DNA from: Anaeromyxobacteraceae bacterium
GTDB lineage: Bacteria > Myxococcota > Myxococcia > Myxococcales > Anaeromyxobacteraceae
DNA: 64,000 bases
Direction: 5' to 3'
NCBI GenBank assembly: GCA_032654565.1
Contig: JAULAX010000009.1
Location: forward strand, 224,001 to 288,000
Of the stretch, positions 1 to 8,219 are shown one piece after another (within the stretch, counting starts at the first letter, position 1; each line of letters begins with the position of its first letter). Position numbers and translations under genes: made by a program. The notes under the pieces were generated by a model. It was not told the DNA's origin. It worked only from the letters and a program-made list of their open reading frames with translations, and ran no database searches.

Positions 1-665
1 TCGACACCAAGAAGCTGAACCAGGCTGCGCAGAGCGTCCGCTGGGCGCTGCACATGTCCGGCACCGGCGGCACCGGGGCCATGCCCATCTTCGACGGCGC
101 CCCGTCCGACGGCGGCTGCAAGGTGGCCCCGGGCACGGGCGGCCAGAGCACGGCGACGGCGAAGGCCATCGAGGAGGTCCGGCGCCGCATCGAGCGGAAG
201 GTCCAGCCCTTCACGCTGCTCAGGAGCGGGCCCCTCAACGTCATCATGGTGGTCGAGGAGAATCGCCGGCTGGTGTTCCGGCTGGCCTCGGCCGACTTCT
301 TCGATCCCGGGCAGGCGGCCCTCCGCCCCAGGGTCCTCGCCGTCGTCGACGCCCTGGCCAGCGAGCTGAAGGCGCTCGACCGTCCCTTCCGGGTGGAGGG
401 GCACACCGACGACACCCAGATCCAGGGCGGGCGCTTCCAGGGCAACTGGGACCTCTCGGCGGCGCGCGCCGCGACGGTGGCGGCCTACCTGGAGGCGGCC
501 CACCAGATCCCGCCCTCCCACCTCTCGGCGGTCGGCTTCGCCAACACCCGCCCCATGAGCCGGGAGGGGACCCCCGAGGCGCACGAGATGAACCGCCGCA
601 TCGAGCTGGTGGTCGAGTTCCAGCACGACGACCCGCTCCTGCACCCCGGCGACGGGAGCCCCTGA
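1..665 (+). CDS. motB: Flagellar motor stator protein MotB (5'-truncated by window edge; OmpA-like peptidoglycan-binding domain)
   Basis: Frame is open from the window start. Contains VEGHTDD, NWDLSAARAATV and NRRIELV (OmpA/MotB C-terminal motifs); flagellar context. Confidence 0.85.
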   Translation, partial: DTKKLNQAAQSVRWALHMSGTGGTGAMPIFDGAPSDGGCKVAPGTGGQSTATAKAIEEVRRRIERKVQPFTLLRSGPLNVIMVVEENRRLVFRLASADFFDPGQAALRPRVLAVVDALASELKALDRPFRVEGHTDDTQIQGGRFQGNWDLSAARAATVAAYLEAAHQIPPSHLSAVGFANTRPMSREGTPEAHEMNRRIELVVEFQHDDPLLHPGDGSP

Positions 666-701
666 TCGAGCAGGCCCGGCGTCGACGGCGCCCGGACCGG
701 G

Positions 702-2654
702 TCATGCGGCCGGGGCGTGGGGACGGAGGTCCTGGACGTCCAGCCCGACCTGGGCCGCCAGCGGCAGCAGCGGCGGCCGGTCCGAGGTGACCACCCAGAG
801 CGAGGCCCCGCCGAGCATCCGCTCCCAGCCGGCCAGGTCCGCGGGGGCCTCGGTGAGGAGGAGGTCGACCCCGGCCCGCTCGGCCACCGGCAGGAGCGCC
901 GCCGGCGGGGGGGAGAGGTGCGCCAGCGGGAGCGCCACGGCCACGGTGACGGTGTCGCAGGGCCCCAGCCCGTCGACCACCGTCGCCAGCGTCGCCGCCC
1001 AGGGATCGGCCGGGTTGGAGAGGTCCGGCGCGACCAGCACGCGGACCGGCCGCGAGCCGCGCCAGGGGTCGAGGATGGGCTCGGAGCGGGCCCCGCTCCG
1101 CTGGGCCGGGCGGGCCGCCAGGACCACCTGGATCACCTGGGCCTCCTGCCGGAAGCGCTCCTTGTCGCCGCCGAGCGCGACCACCAGCTCGGCCGCCAGC
1201 TCGAGCTGGGGCGACGGCGGCGAGCGGACCCCCTCGACCTGGCCGTCCAGCTCGAAGCCGGCCTCCGCGAGGAGGCGGATCATCGACGACAGCGTGAAGA
1301 AGCGCAGGTGGGTCCGGTCGAGGATGCCGGCGTCGACGTAGTCCCAGCGCCCGTGCACCAGGAGCGGGAGCAGGACCGACTCATGCCGGATGTTCGGGAG
1401 CGAGCAGACGATTCGCCCGTCATCCGCGAGCCAGCGCCGCAGGTGGCGCAGCGCGGCGGCGGGCTCGCGGAGGTGCTCCAGGACGTCGGCGAGCGTGATG
1501 ACGTCGAAGTAGCCCTCCGGGTAGGGAAGCTCGGGCAGCGTCTCCAGGTCGTAGCGGTAGACCGCGGTGAGCCGCCCGCGCGCCAGGGCCGCGGCCGGCG
1601 GGTGGACCTCGATGCCCACCACCTCGGCGGCTCCCGCGGCGAGCATGGCCGCGCCCATGGCGCCGGCGGCGCAGCCGACGTCGAGGACGCGCCTCCCGGC
1701 CGGCTGGACCCGGGCCACCACCTCGGGGCGGTCGCAGTGGTAGTAGGCGGGGACGGCCGACGCGGCCGGGCTGCTGGTGGTCATGGTGGGCCTCGAAGGG
1801 GAAGGGCGGGGTGGTGGCGGTGCCAGGCCGAGGGCCTCGGCGAGGATGATCCGGAGGTCGCGCGCCGCCATGGCGCGGAGCCCCTGCTCGCGGAGCTGCC
1901 GGCGGGCGTCCGGGTCGGCGCAGAGCCGGACGCAGGTCCCCACCAGCTCCTGGGAGTCGGCGAAGGCGACGGCGCCCTCGAACTCCCGCTCCTCGGACGG
2001 CTCGGCGCCGCGCTCCGAGACCACGCAGCACCGGTTGGCCAGCAGGTAGGAGACCCGCACGATCTCGAAGACCTTGGCCTCGTAGAAGTGGATGTTGAGG
2101 ACGATCCTGGAGCGGGCCACCAGCCGATCGCGCGCCTCGCCGTAGACGCCGAAGGCGACGTGGACACGCAGGCCGCGCGCCGTGAGCGCCTCGAGGATGG
2201 CCCGGCGCCGCTCGTTCATCGACCCGTAGAAGAGGACGTCGATCTCCTCGGCGGCCGGCTCGATCCTCGAGAGCTCGGGGACCCATCCGATCGGGACCAC
2301 CCGGGGCGGCGCGAGCCCCAGCTCTGGATATCGGGCGGCGTTGGCCTGGCTGTAGTCCCAGACCTGGTGACGCCGAAAGAGGTCGACGAGGGCGGGAGTC
2401 ATCCAGCCCGACCCGGCCTCGACCTGCTCGAGGTTGTAGAGGATGGCGTCGGGCGGGAGTTCGACGGGGTGGCGGGAGAGCAGGTTGGAGCCGAGGACGA
2501 TGGGCCGCCGGCCCGGGATCGCCTGCCCCCCCCTGAGCACGTCCTGGCCGAGGGCCCGCAGCGCGAAGACCAGCGAGTCGGCCACCTCGCTGAAGGCCTC
2601 GCTGTGGGCATACCCGGGCGGTTGCACGACGAGGACTGAGTATCGGTCGGCCAC
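702..2654 (-). CDS. Fused glycosyltransferase (GT-B-like) / class I SAM methyltransferase
   Basis: N-terminal part has IDVLFYGSMNERR...SRIVLNIHFYE...VVSE (GT-B-like). Central part has VLDVGCAAG, DVLEHL and GILDRTHLRFFT (class I MTase). Start placed at GTG 2654, just downstream of a sigma54 promoter; the ORF track extends it to 2768. Confidence 0.75.
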   Translation of the reverse strand: MADRYSVLVVQPPGYAHSEAFSEVADSLVFALRALGQDVLRGGQAIPGRRPIVLGSNLLSRHPVELPPDAILYNLEQVEAGSGWMTPALVDLFRRHQVWDYSQANAARYPELGLAPPRVVPIGWVPELSRIEPAAEEIDVLFYGSMNERRRAILEALTARGLRVHVAFGVYGEARDRLVARSRIVLNIHFYEAKVFEIVRVSYLLANRCCVVSERGAEPSEEREFEGAVAFADSQELVGTCVRLCADPDARRQLREQGLRAMAARDLRIILAEALGLAPPPPRPSPSRPTMTTSSPAASAVPAYYHCDRPEVVARVQPAGRRVLDVGCAAGAMGAAMLAAGAAEVVGIEVHPPAAALARGRLTAVYRYDLETLPELPYPEGYFDVITLADVLEHLREPAAALRHLRRWLADDGRIVCSLPNIRHESVLLPLLVHGRWDYVDAGILDRTHLRFFTLSSMIRLLAEAGFELDGQVEGVRSPPSPQLELAAELVVALGGDKERFRQEAQVIQVVLAARPAQRSGARSEPILDPWRGSRPVRVLVAPDLSNPADPWAATLATVVDGLGPCDTVTVAVALPLAHLSPPPAALLPVAERAGVDLLLTEAPADLAGWERMLGGASLWVVTSDRPPLLPLAAQVGLDVQDLRPHAPAA

Positions 2655-2666
2655 GACGACCAGCTT

Positions 2667-2682
2667 TGCAAGCAGGACGCCA
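2667..2682 (-). promoter_or_regulatory. sigma54 -24/-12 promoter for the GT-MTase gene
   Basis: Minus strand reads TGGCGTCCTGCTTGCA, with GG and GC at canonical spacing. Confidence 0.65.
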
Positions 2683-2744
2683 GCCCCCGGCGGCCTGCCG
2701 GGGAGCCCGGGGCCGCGGCTCCGCACCTCGCCAGGGCGGTTGAC

Positions 2745-2758
2745 GTCAAGGCCTTGAC
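2745..2758. promoter_or_regulatory. Palindromic enhancer box GTCA-N6-TGAC (FleQ/FlrA-like)
   Basis: Perfect palindrome GTCAAGGCCTTGAC between divergent sigma54 promoters. Confidence 0.55.
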
Positions 2759-2806
2759 CCCGCGCCACGCTGGAGACCCCGCAGGGGGGCCAGGGGGCGC
2801 CGCCCC

Positions 2807-2820
2807 GTCAGCTTGCTGAC
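2807..2820. promoter_or_regulatory. Second GTCA-N6-TGAC box
   Basis: CGTCAGC-TT-GCTGACG inverted repeat, 62 bp from the first box. Confidence 0.55.
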
Positions 2821-2860
2821 GCCACGGAGCGGACTTGGCCGCTCTCGGGAACCGGGAGGT

Positions 2861-2876
2861 CGGCACGTCCCTTGCT
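2861..2876 (+). promoter_or_regulatory. sigma54 -24/-12 promoter of the fliL-fliA operon
   Basis: CGGCACGTCCCTTGCT matches TGGCAC-N5-TTGCW; followed by SD GAGGAG and ATG 2901. Confidence 0.75.
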
Positions 2877-2900
2877 CAATGCCCCCGTGAGAGGAGCCGC

Positions 2901-3449
2901 ATGGCTGATCCCAAGGAGAAGAAGTCGACCGGTGAGAGCAAGGAGTCGGGCGGTGGCAAGCCCGGACGCTCCAAGCTCGTCCCCATCCTGCTGGTCGTGA
3001 ACGGCCTCTTGACCGCCGGCGCCATCGGCGTGCTGGTGCTGCGCCCACCCGGCGGGGCCCACCAGCCTGCCGCGGGGAAGGCCGAGAAGGCCGAGCACGG
3101 GGAGAAGGGCGAGAAGGGCGAGAAGGGGGACGCCAAGGCCAACGCCATCGGTCCGATGCTGCACCTCGGAGATCTCGTGGTCCACCTGCGTGACACCGAG
3201 GCCGACCGCTACGCGCGGGTCTCCTTCGACCTCGAGGTCGCCACCGAGGAGGACAAGACCAAGGCCACCGCGGCGGTTCCGCGGCTCAGGGACGGGATCA
3301 TCGCCTACCTCGCCGATCGCTCGTTCGACGAGCTGCGCGGCAGCGAGGGGCTGGAGCGGGCCAAGGCCCAGCTCCTCGAGCGGGTCAAGCAGGCGGTCCC
3401 GGGCGCCACGGTGAAGAGCCTCTACATCAGCGACATCGTCGTCCAGTGA
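2901..3449 (+). CDS. fliL: Flagellar basal body-associated protein FliL
   Basis: Charged N-terminus, one TM segment, LVVHLRD...LRDGIIAYL and C-terminal LYISDIVVQ; precedes fliM. Confidence 0.85.
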   Translation: MADPKEKKSTGESKESGGGKPGRSKLVPILLVVNGLLTAGAIGVLVLRPPGGAHQPAAGKAEKAEHGEKGEKGEKGDAKANAIGPMLHLGDLVVHLRDTEADRYARVSFDLEVATEEDKTKATAAVPRLRDGIIAYLADRSFDELRGSEGLERAKAQLLERVKQAVPGATVKSLYISDIVVQ

Positions 3450-3459
3450 GGAACGGACC

Positions 3460-4452
3460 GTGCCCCCCACCCTGTCCACCGAGGAGGTCAACGCGCTGAT
3501 GAGCGCCGTCCAGGAGGGGCGGGTCCCGGCCCCCGGCCCCGGCCCGGACGGCGGCGCCGTCCGTTACGACCTGCTGAGCCAGGACAGGTTCATCCGGGGG
3601 CAGATGCCGACGCTGGACGCCATCAACGAGCAGGTGGCCTCGATGTTCGGCATGGGGCTGGCCGGCCGGACCCGCCTCCCGCTGCGCGTCACCTCCTCCC
3701 CCACCACCCTGCTGAAGTTCGCCGACCTTGCCCCGCTCCTCGCCCCGCCCGCGTCGGTCTGCGTGCTGGGGCTCGGAGCCGCCCATGGCTTCGCGCTCGC
3801 GGTGCTGGAGCCCGGCCTGGCCGAGGCCCTGCTCATGGCCGCCCTGGGGGACCGGAGGGCCCGGCCCGCCGACGCCCTCCCCGAGGGGCGCCGCGAGTTC
3901 ACCTCGGTCGAGCAGGTGGTGCTGCGCCGCCTGCTCTGCATCCTCACCGACTCGATGCGCACGGCCTGGGAACCCATCATCCCCATCGAGCCGGAGGTCC
4001 TCCGCTTCGAGCTCGACTCCCGCATGGCGACCATCGCCCCGCCCAGCGACGTGGCCATCGTCTCGGCCTTCGAGCTCAAGGGCGGCATCGACGGCCTCCT
4101 CCAGCTGGTCGTCCCCTACGCCACCGTCGAGCCGGCCAGGGCGCGCCTGGCCGCGCCGCGCCGCCTCTCCCAGCGCGCCGACGAGCGCTTCACGGCCGCG
4201 CTGGCCCACGAGGCCACGCAGGTGCCGGTGGAGATCCGCGGCGTCTTCGGGCGCACCAACGTCCCGTTCAAGGCCTTCCTCGATCTCAGGGCGGGCGACA
4301 TCCTCACGCTCGACAGCAGCGAGGCCGGCACCCTCCCCGTCCTCATCGGGGGGCGGGAGAAGCTTCGCGGCAAGCCGTGCGTGGTCGGCGGCAGCATGGC
4401 GCTGGTCATCGAGAGCGGGCTGGCCACCGTCGAAGGCCTGACCACGCACTGA
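3460..4452 (+). CDS. fliM: Flagellar motor switch protein FliM
   Basis: N-terminal LSTEEVNALM (CheY-binding-like), YDLLSQDRFIRGQMPTL, REFTSVE and a C-terminal SpoA domain. Confidence 0.9.
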   Translation: MPPTLSTEEVNALMSAVQEGRVPAPGPGPDGGAVRYDLLSQDRFIRGQMPTLDAINEQVASMFGMGLAGRTRLPLRVTSSPTTLLKFADLAPLLAPPASVCVLGLGAAHGFALAVLEPGLAEALLMAALGDRRARPADALPEGRREFTSVEQVVLRRLLCILTDSMRTAWEPIIPIEPEVLRFELDSRMATIAPPSDVAIVSAFELKGGIDGLLQLVVPYATVEPARARLAAPRRLSQRADERFTAALAHEATQVPVEIRGVFGRTNVPFKAFLDLRAGDILTLDSSEAGTLPVLIGGREKLRGKPCVVGGSMALVIESGLATVEGLTTH

Positions 4453-4470
4453 AGTCCCAGGAGACGAACC

Positions 4471-4764
4471 ATGGAAGCCGAAGCCGTCACCTCCAGCGAC
4501 CTGTCCCCCCGCCTCGACCGCCTGCTCGACGTCCCACTCAACGTGGACGTGGAGCTGGGACGGACCCGGATGACGATCCAGGACCTGCTGGCCCTCGGAC
4601 CGGGCTCGATCATCGAGCTCGACAAGGTGGCGGGGGCCCCGCTCGACATCCTCGTCAACGACCGCCTCCTCGCCCGGGGCGAGGCGGTGGTGCTCAACGA
4701 CAAGTTCGGAATCCGCATCACCGACATCGTGAGTCCGCAGGAGCGGATCCAGCGGCTGCGCTGA
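4471..4764 (+). CDS. fliN: Flagellar motor switch protein FliN
   Basis: LLDVPLNVDVELGRT...GSIIELDK...ARGEAVVLNDKFGIRITDI. Confidence 0.95.
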   Translation: MEAEAVTSSDLSPRLDRLLDVPLNVDVELGRTRMTIQDLLALGPGSIIELDKVAGAPLDILVNDRLLARGEAVVLNDKFGIRITDIVSPQERIQRLR

Positions 4765-4791
4765 CCACTCCAAGGAAAGGACCGAGCCACC

Positions 4792-5457
4792 ATGACCTCC
4801 TTCCTCGTCGCCTTGAGCCTCCTCGCCGCGGCCGCCCCGAACACCACGCGGTACCGCCTGCTGCCGGCGGCCGCCGCCCCCGAACCCGCCAGGAGCGACA
4901 CCCTCCCTCCCCCTCCGCCCGCGTCCCTCCCCGCCGTGCCCGCCAGCGGCGGGCAGGCGGTCCCGCTCCCGGAGGAGTTCCTGCTGGCCCCCTCGTCGGC
5001 GGCCGGGCTGGGCTCGGCCCTTCCGGCCCTGGCGGTGGTCGCCTCGCTGGCGGCCATCGCCCTCTACCTCTCCCGGCGCCGCCCTGGCACCGGGCGCCGG
5101 CTGGTGCAGGTCCTCGAGACCGCCAGCCTCGGCCCGCGTCGCCAGCTCGTCGTGGTCCGCCTCGGCGACGACCTGATGCTGCTCGGCTCCAGCGAGGCCG
5201 GGGTCACGCTGCTGTCGATGCAGCCGGCCGGCGCGGCGACGGCGGCGGCCACCACCGGGGTCCAGGTGGTGCACCTGGAGCCCGTGGAGCCGGAGCGACC
5301 GAACTTCCTGGTCGGGCTCTGGTCCCGGCTCCGCGACCGCGCCCCGGCCACCCCGGCCGCCCCGCAGCCCTCCTTCGAGGACCTGCTGCAGGAGAGCGCC
5401 GACGATCAGGCCCTGCGCCGCAAGCTCGCCAGCGGACGCCCGGCGAGGGTCGCGTGA
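4792..5457 (+). CDS. fliO: Flagellar biosynthesis protein FliO
   Basis: TM segment followed by VLETASLGPRRQLVVVRLGDDLMLLG; lies between fliN and fliP. Confidence 0.8.
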   Translation: MTSFLVALSLLAAAAPNTTRYRLLPAAAAPEPARSDTLPPPPPASLPAVPASGGQAVPLPEEFLLAPSSAAGLGSALPALAVVASLAAIALYLSRRRPGTGRRLVQVLETASLGPRRQLVVVRLGDDLMLLGSSEAGVTLLSMQPAGAATAAATTGVQVVHLEPVEPERPNFLVGLWSRLRDRAPATPAAPQPSFEDLLQESADDQALRRKLASGRPARVA

Positions 5458-6143
5458 TCCCGCTCCTCGCCCTGGTTCCCGGCGCCGATCCCGGCGTCAC
5501 CCTCAACCTCCAGGGCGGGGGCTCCTCGGCGGTCAAGCTCTTCCTGCTGCTCTCGGCGCTCTCCTTCGCCACGGCGCTGCTGGTCTCGATCACCTCCTTC
5601 ACGCGGATCGTCATCGTCCTCTCCTTCCTGCGCCAGGCCCTCGGCACCCCCCAGCTCCCGCCCAACCAGGTCATCCTCGGGCTGGCGCTGGTCCTCTCCG
5701 CGTTCGTGATGGCGCCGACCGGCCGGGCGGTCTGGGATGGCTCGCTGAAGCCCTACCTGGACGACCGCATCGACGCGACCCAGGCCCTGGAGAAGGCCTC
5801 GATCCCGGTGCGCACCTTCCTGCTCCGGCAGACCCGCGAGCAGGACCTCAGCCTGTTCTACGAGGTCTCGGGCCAGGCCCGCCCGAGCCGCGGCGACGAG
5901 ATCCCGCTGACCGTGGCCGCGCCGGCGTTCATGGTCTCCGAGCTCACCACCGCGTTCCGCATGGGGCTCTTCCTCTACATCCCGCTGCTGCTCGTCGACC
6001 TCCTCGTCGCCGGCATCCTCATGTCGCTCGGCATGATGATGGTCCCTCCCCCGCTCATCTCCCTGCCCATGAAGGTCGGCATCTTCGTCATGGCCGATGG
6101 CTGGCGCCTGGTGGTGGCCTCGCTGATCCGGAGCTTCCAGTGA
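5454..6143 (+). CDS. fliP: Flagellar export gate protein FliP
   Basis: TSFTRIVIVLSFLRQALG-PQLPPNQV, PAFMVSEL and MSLGMMMVPP; GTG start overlaps the fliO stop. Confidence 0.95.
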   Translation: MIPLLALVPGADPGVTLNLQGGGSSAVKLFLLLSALSFATALLVSITSFTRIVIVLSFLRQALGTPQLPPNQVILGLALVLSAFVMAPTGRAVWDGSLKPYLDDRIDATQALEKASIPVRTFLLRQTREQDLSLFYEVSGQARPSRGDEIPLTVAAPAFMVSELTTAFRMGLFLYIPLLLVDLLVAGILMSLGMMMVPPPLISLPMKVGIFVMADGWRLVVASLIRSFQ

Positions 6144-6403
6144 GCCCCGGCCTGCCCGCGGGGGTCTTCAGGGAGGGGCTGATGCTGGTGGTGCAGGTCG
6201 GCGGCCCGCTCTTCCTGGCCATGCTGCTCTCCGGCCTGGCCATCGGCGTGCTGCAGGCCGCCACCCAGGTGAACGACCCGGCCGTCTCCTTCGTGCCCCG
6301 CATCCTGGTGGGCGGGATCGTCCTCTGGCTGGCCGGTGGCTGGATGATGGAGCGGCTCTCCGGGTTCCTGGCCCAGTCGATCACCCGGATGGCCGGAGGG
6401 TAG
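6140..6403 (+). CDS. fliQ: Flagellar export protein FliQ
   Basis: GVLQAATQVNDPAVSFVPRI; 87 aa. Confidence 0.92.
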   Translation: MSPGLPAGVFREGLMLVVQVGGPLFLAMLLSGLAIGVLQAATQVNDPAVSFVPRILVGGIVLWLAGGWMMERLSGFLAQSITRMAGG

Positions 6404-6407
6404 GCCC

Positions 6408-7151
6408 GTGACCATCCTCACCGCGCAGGGCTGGGGCTTCATGCTGGTGCTGCTGCGGACCGCCGGCCTCGTCATCACCGTGCCCATCCTCGGCGCCCGC
6501 GTGGTCCCGGCCCGGGTCCGGCTCGGCCTGGCGCTGGTCCTCGCCTTCGCCGCCTACACCGGGGCCGGCTCCCCGACCGCGCCGCCGCCGGACGGCCTCA
6601 CCGACCTGTTCCTCAACGCCGCCGGCGAGACCGCGCTCGGCATGCTGGGCGGGCTGGCGGCCCGCTTCGTCCTGGACGCCGCGCTCGCGGCCGGGCAGCT
6701 GATCGGGATCTCCATGGGCATCGGGTTCGCCGCCCTGGTCGACCCGACCAGCGGCGCCGAGTCGAACGCACCGGGCGAGCTCCTGCTGACCCTCTCGCAG
6801 CTGGTGGCGCTGTCCATGGGCATCCACCGGGAGGCCATCACCTGGCTGGCCCGGTCGGTCCGCCTCTGGCCGCCCGGCGGTCCCATGCCGCTCGACCGGC
6901 TGGCCAGCCACGCCATCGGCCAGGCCGTGCTGGGGGTGACCCTGGCCGTCCGCGTCGCCATGCCCGTGCTGGCCGCGGTCCTGGCCGCCTACGCCATCAC
7001 CGGCATCCTCACCCGGACCGCGCCGCAGCTCTCGCTCTCCAACGTCGGCTTCTCCATCGCCATCCTCGCCGGCGGCGGCGCGCTCTACCTGGTGGTCCCG
7101 CACGCCGCCGAGCTGGTGGCCCGCTCCACCATCGCCGCCTTCCCTCCCTAG
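6408..7151 (+). CDS. fliR: Flagellar export protein FliR
   Basis: Hydrophobic; AGQLIGISMGIGFAALVDP and RTAPQLS; lies between fliQ and flhB. Confidence 0.9.
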   Translation: MTILTAQGWGFMLVLLRTAGLVITVPILGARVVPARVRLGLALVLAFAAYTGAGSPTAPPPDGLTDLFLNAAGETALGMLGGLAARFVLDAALAAGQLIGISMGIGFAALVDPTSGAESNAPGELLLTLSQLVALSMGIHREAITWLARSVRLWPPGGPMPLDRLASHAIGQAVLGVTLAVRVAMPVLAAVLAAYAITGILTRTAPQLSLSNVGFSIAILAGGGALYLVVPHAAELVARSTIAAFPP

Positions 7152-7157
7152 GCCCCC

Positions 7158-8219
7158 GTGTCCGACCAGGAGAACAAGACCGAACTGGCCTCACCCCGGC
7201 GCCTCCAGCAGGCGCGGGAGAAGGGGCAGGTCCCCCTCGGCCATGACGCCGTCATGGTCCTGGCGATGGCCGCGGGGGTCTGGGGCCTCTCGCTGCTGGC
7301 CTCCCGCTTCCAGTCGGGCCTGGTCTCGCTCTTCCAGGAATCCCTCCGCGCGCTCCCCGAGACCCCCTTCGGCCAGCTCCTGCCCCTCGCGGCTGGACCC
7401 GCGGCCGCGGTCGCCGGCGCCGCGGCGCTGGCCGCGGCGGCCGCCATCGTGGCCACGATGGTCCAGACCCAGGGCGGCGTCTGGTTGCACCTGGCCCTCC
7501 CGGATCTCGACCGGCTCACCTCGGGTTCGAAGCTCTCACGCCTCTTCACCCGGGACTTCCTCGCCGACCTCGGCCTGGCGCTCGCCAAGGTCGCGGCGCT
7601 GGCCTGGGCCGGCTGGTCGTCGGTGCGCGACGACATGCTCTCGCTGCCCCTCATGCTCGGCGCGGCGCCGCCGGACCAGCTGTCGCGCACCATGGGGATC
7701 GCCTGGAAGGCCAGCGTCAGGATGCTGGCGGTGGCCGCCCTCCTGGCCGGCGTGGAGCTTGCAATCCAGCGGATCAGGTTCAGCCGAAAGATGAAGATGA
7801 CCAAGGAAGAGGCCAGGCGCGAGAACAAGGAGGACGAGGGCGACCCCCTCCTCCGCTCACGCCGCAAGAAGCGCCACCGGGAGCTCTCGCAGGGGCAGGC
7901 GGCCATCGAGGTCCCCCGGGCCGACGCCCTGGTCGTCAACCCGACCCACGTGGCGGTGGCGATCCGCTACCGGCGCGACGAGGGGAGCGCGCCCCGGGTC
8001 ACCGCCAAGGGCAAGGGCGCCCTCGCCGAGTACATGCGCGACCTGGCCCGCTCCAGCGGCGTCCCCATCGTCGAGGACATCCCGCTGGCCCGCCTCCTCT
8101 ACCGCAAGGTCAAGGTGGGGCGCTCGGTCCCGGCCGCCACCTTCAAGGCCGTGGCCACCGTGCTCGCCTACGTGTATCGCCTGACCGGGCGCACCCCCTC
8201 GAGTGAGGCCAGGCCGTGA
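7158..8219 (+). CDS. flhB: Flagellar export substrate-specificity protein FlhB
   Basis: KTELASPRRLQQAREKGQV, KMTKEE...EGDP and the autocleavage motif NPTH. Confidence 0.95.
   Translation: MSDQENKTELASPRRLQQAREKGQVPLGHDAVMVLAMAAGVWGLSLLASRFQSGLVSLFQESLRALPETPFGQLLPLAAGPAAAVAGAAALAAAAAIVATMVQTQGGVWLHLALPDLDRLTSGSKLSRLFTRDFLADLGLALAKVAALAWAGWSSVRDDMLSLPLMLGAAPPDQLSRTMGIAWKASVRMLAVAALLAGVELAIQRIRFSRKMKMTKEEARRENKEDEGDPLLRSRRKKRHRELSQGQAAIEVPRADALVVNPTHVAVAIRYRRDEGSAPRVTAKGKGALAEYMRDLARSSGVPIVEDIPLARLLYRKVKVGRSVPAATFKAVATVLAYVYRLTGRTPSSEARP

Noticed and set aside
3102..3128. 9-bp tandem repeat GAGAAGGG(C/G) x3 in fliL
   Set aside because: An in-frame low-complexity EKG linker; it cannot cause phase variation and is not a CRISPR-type repeat.
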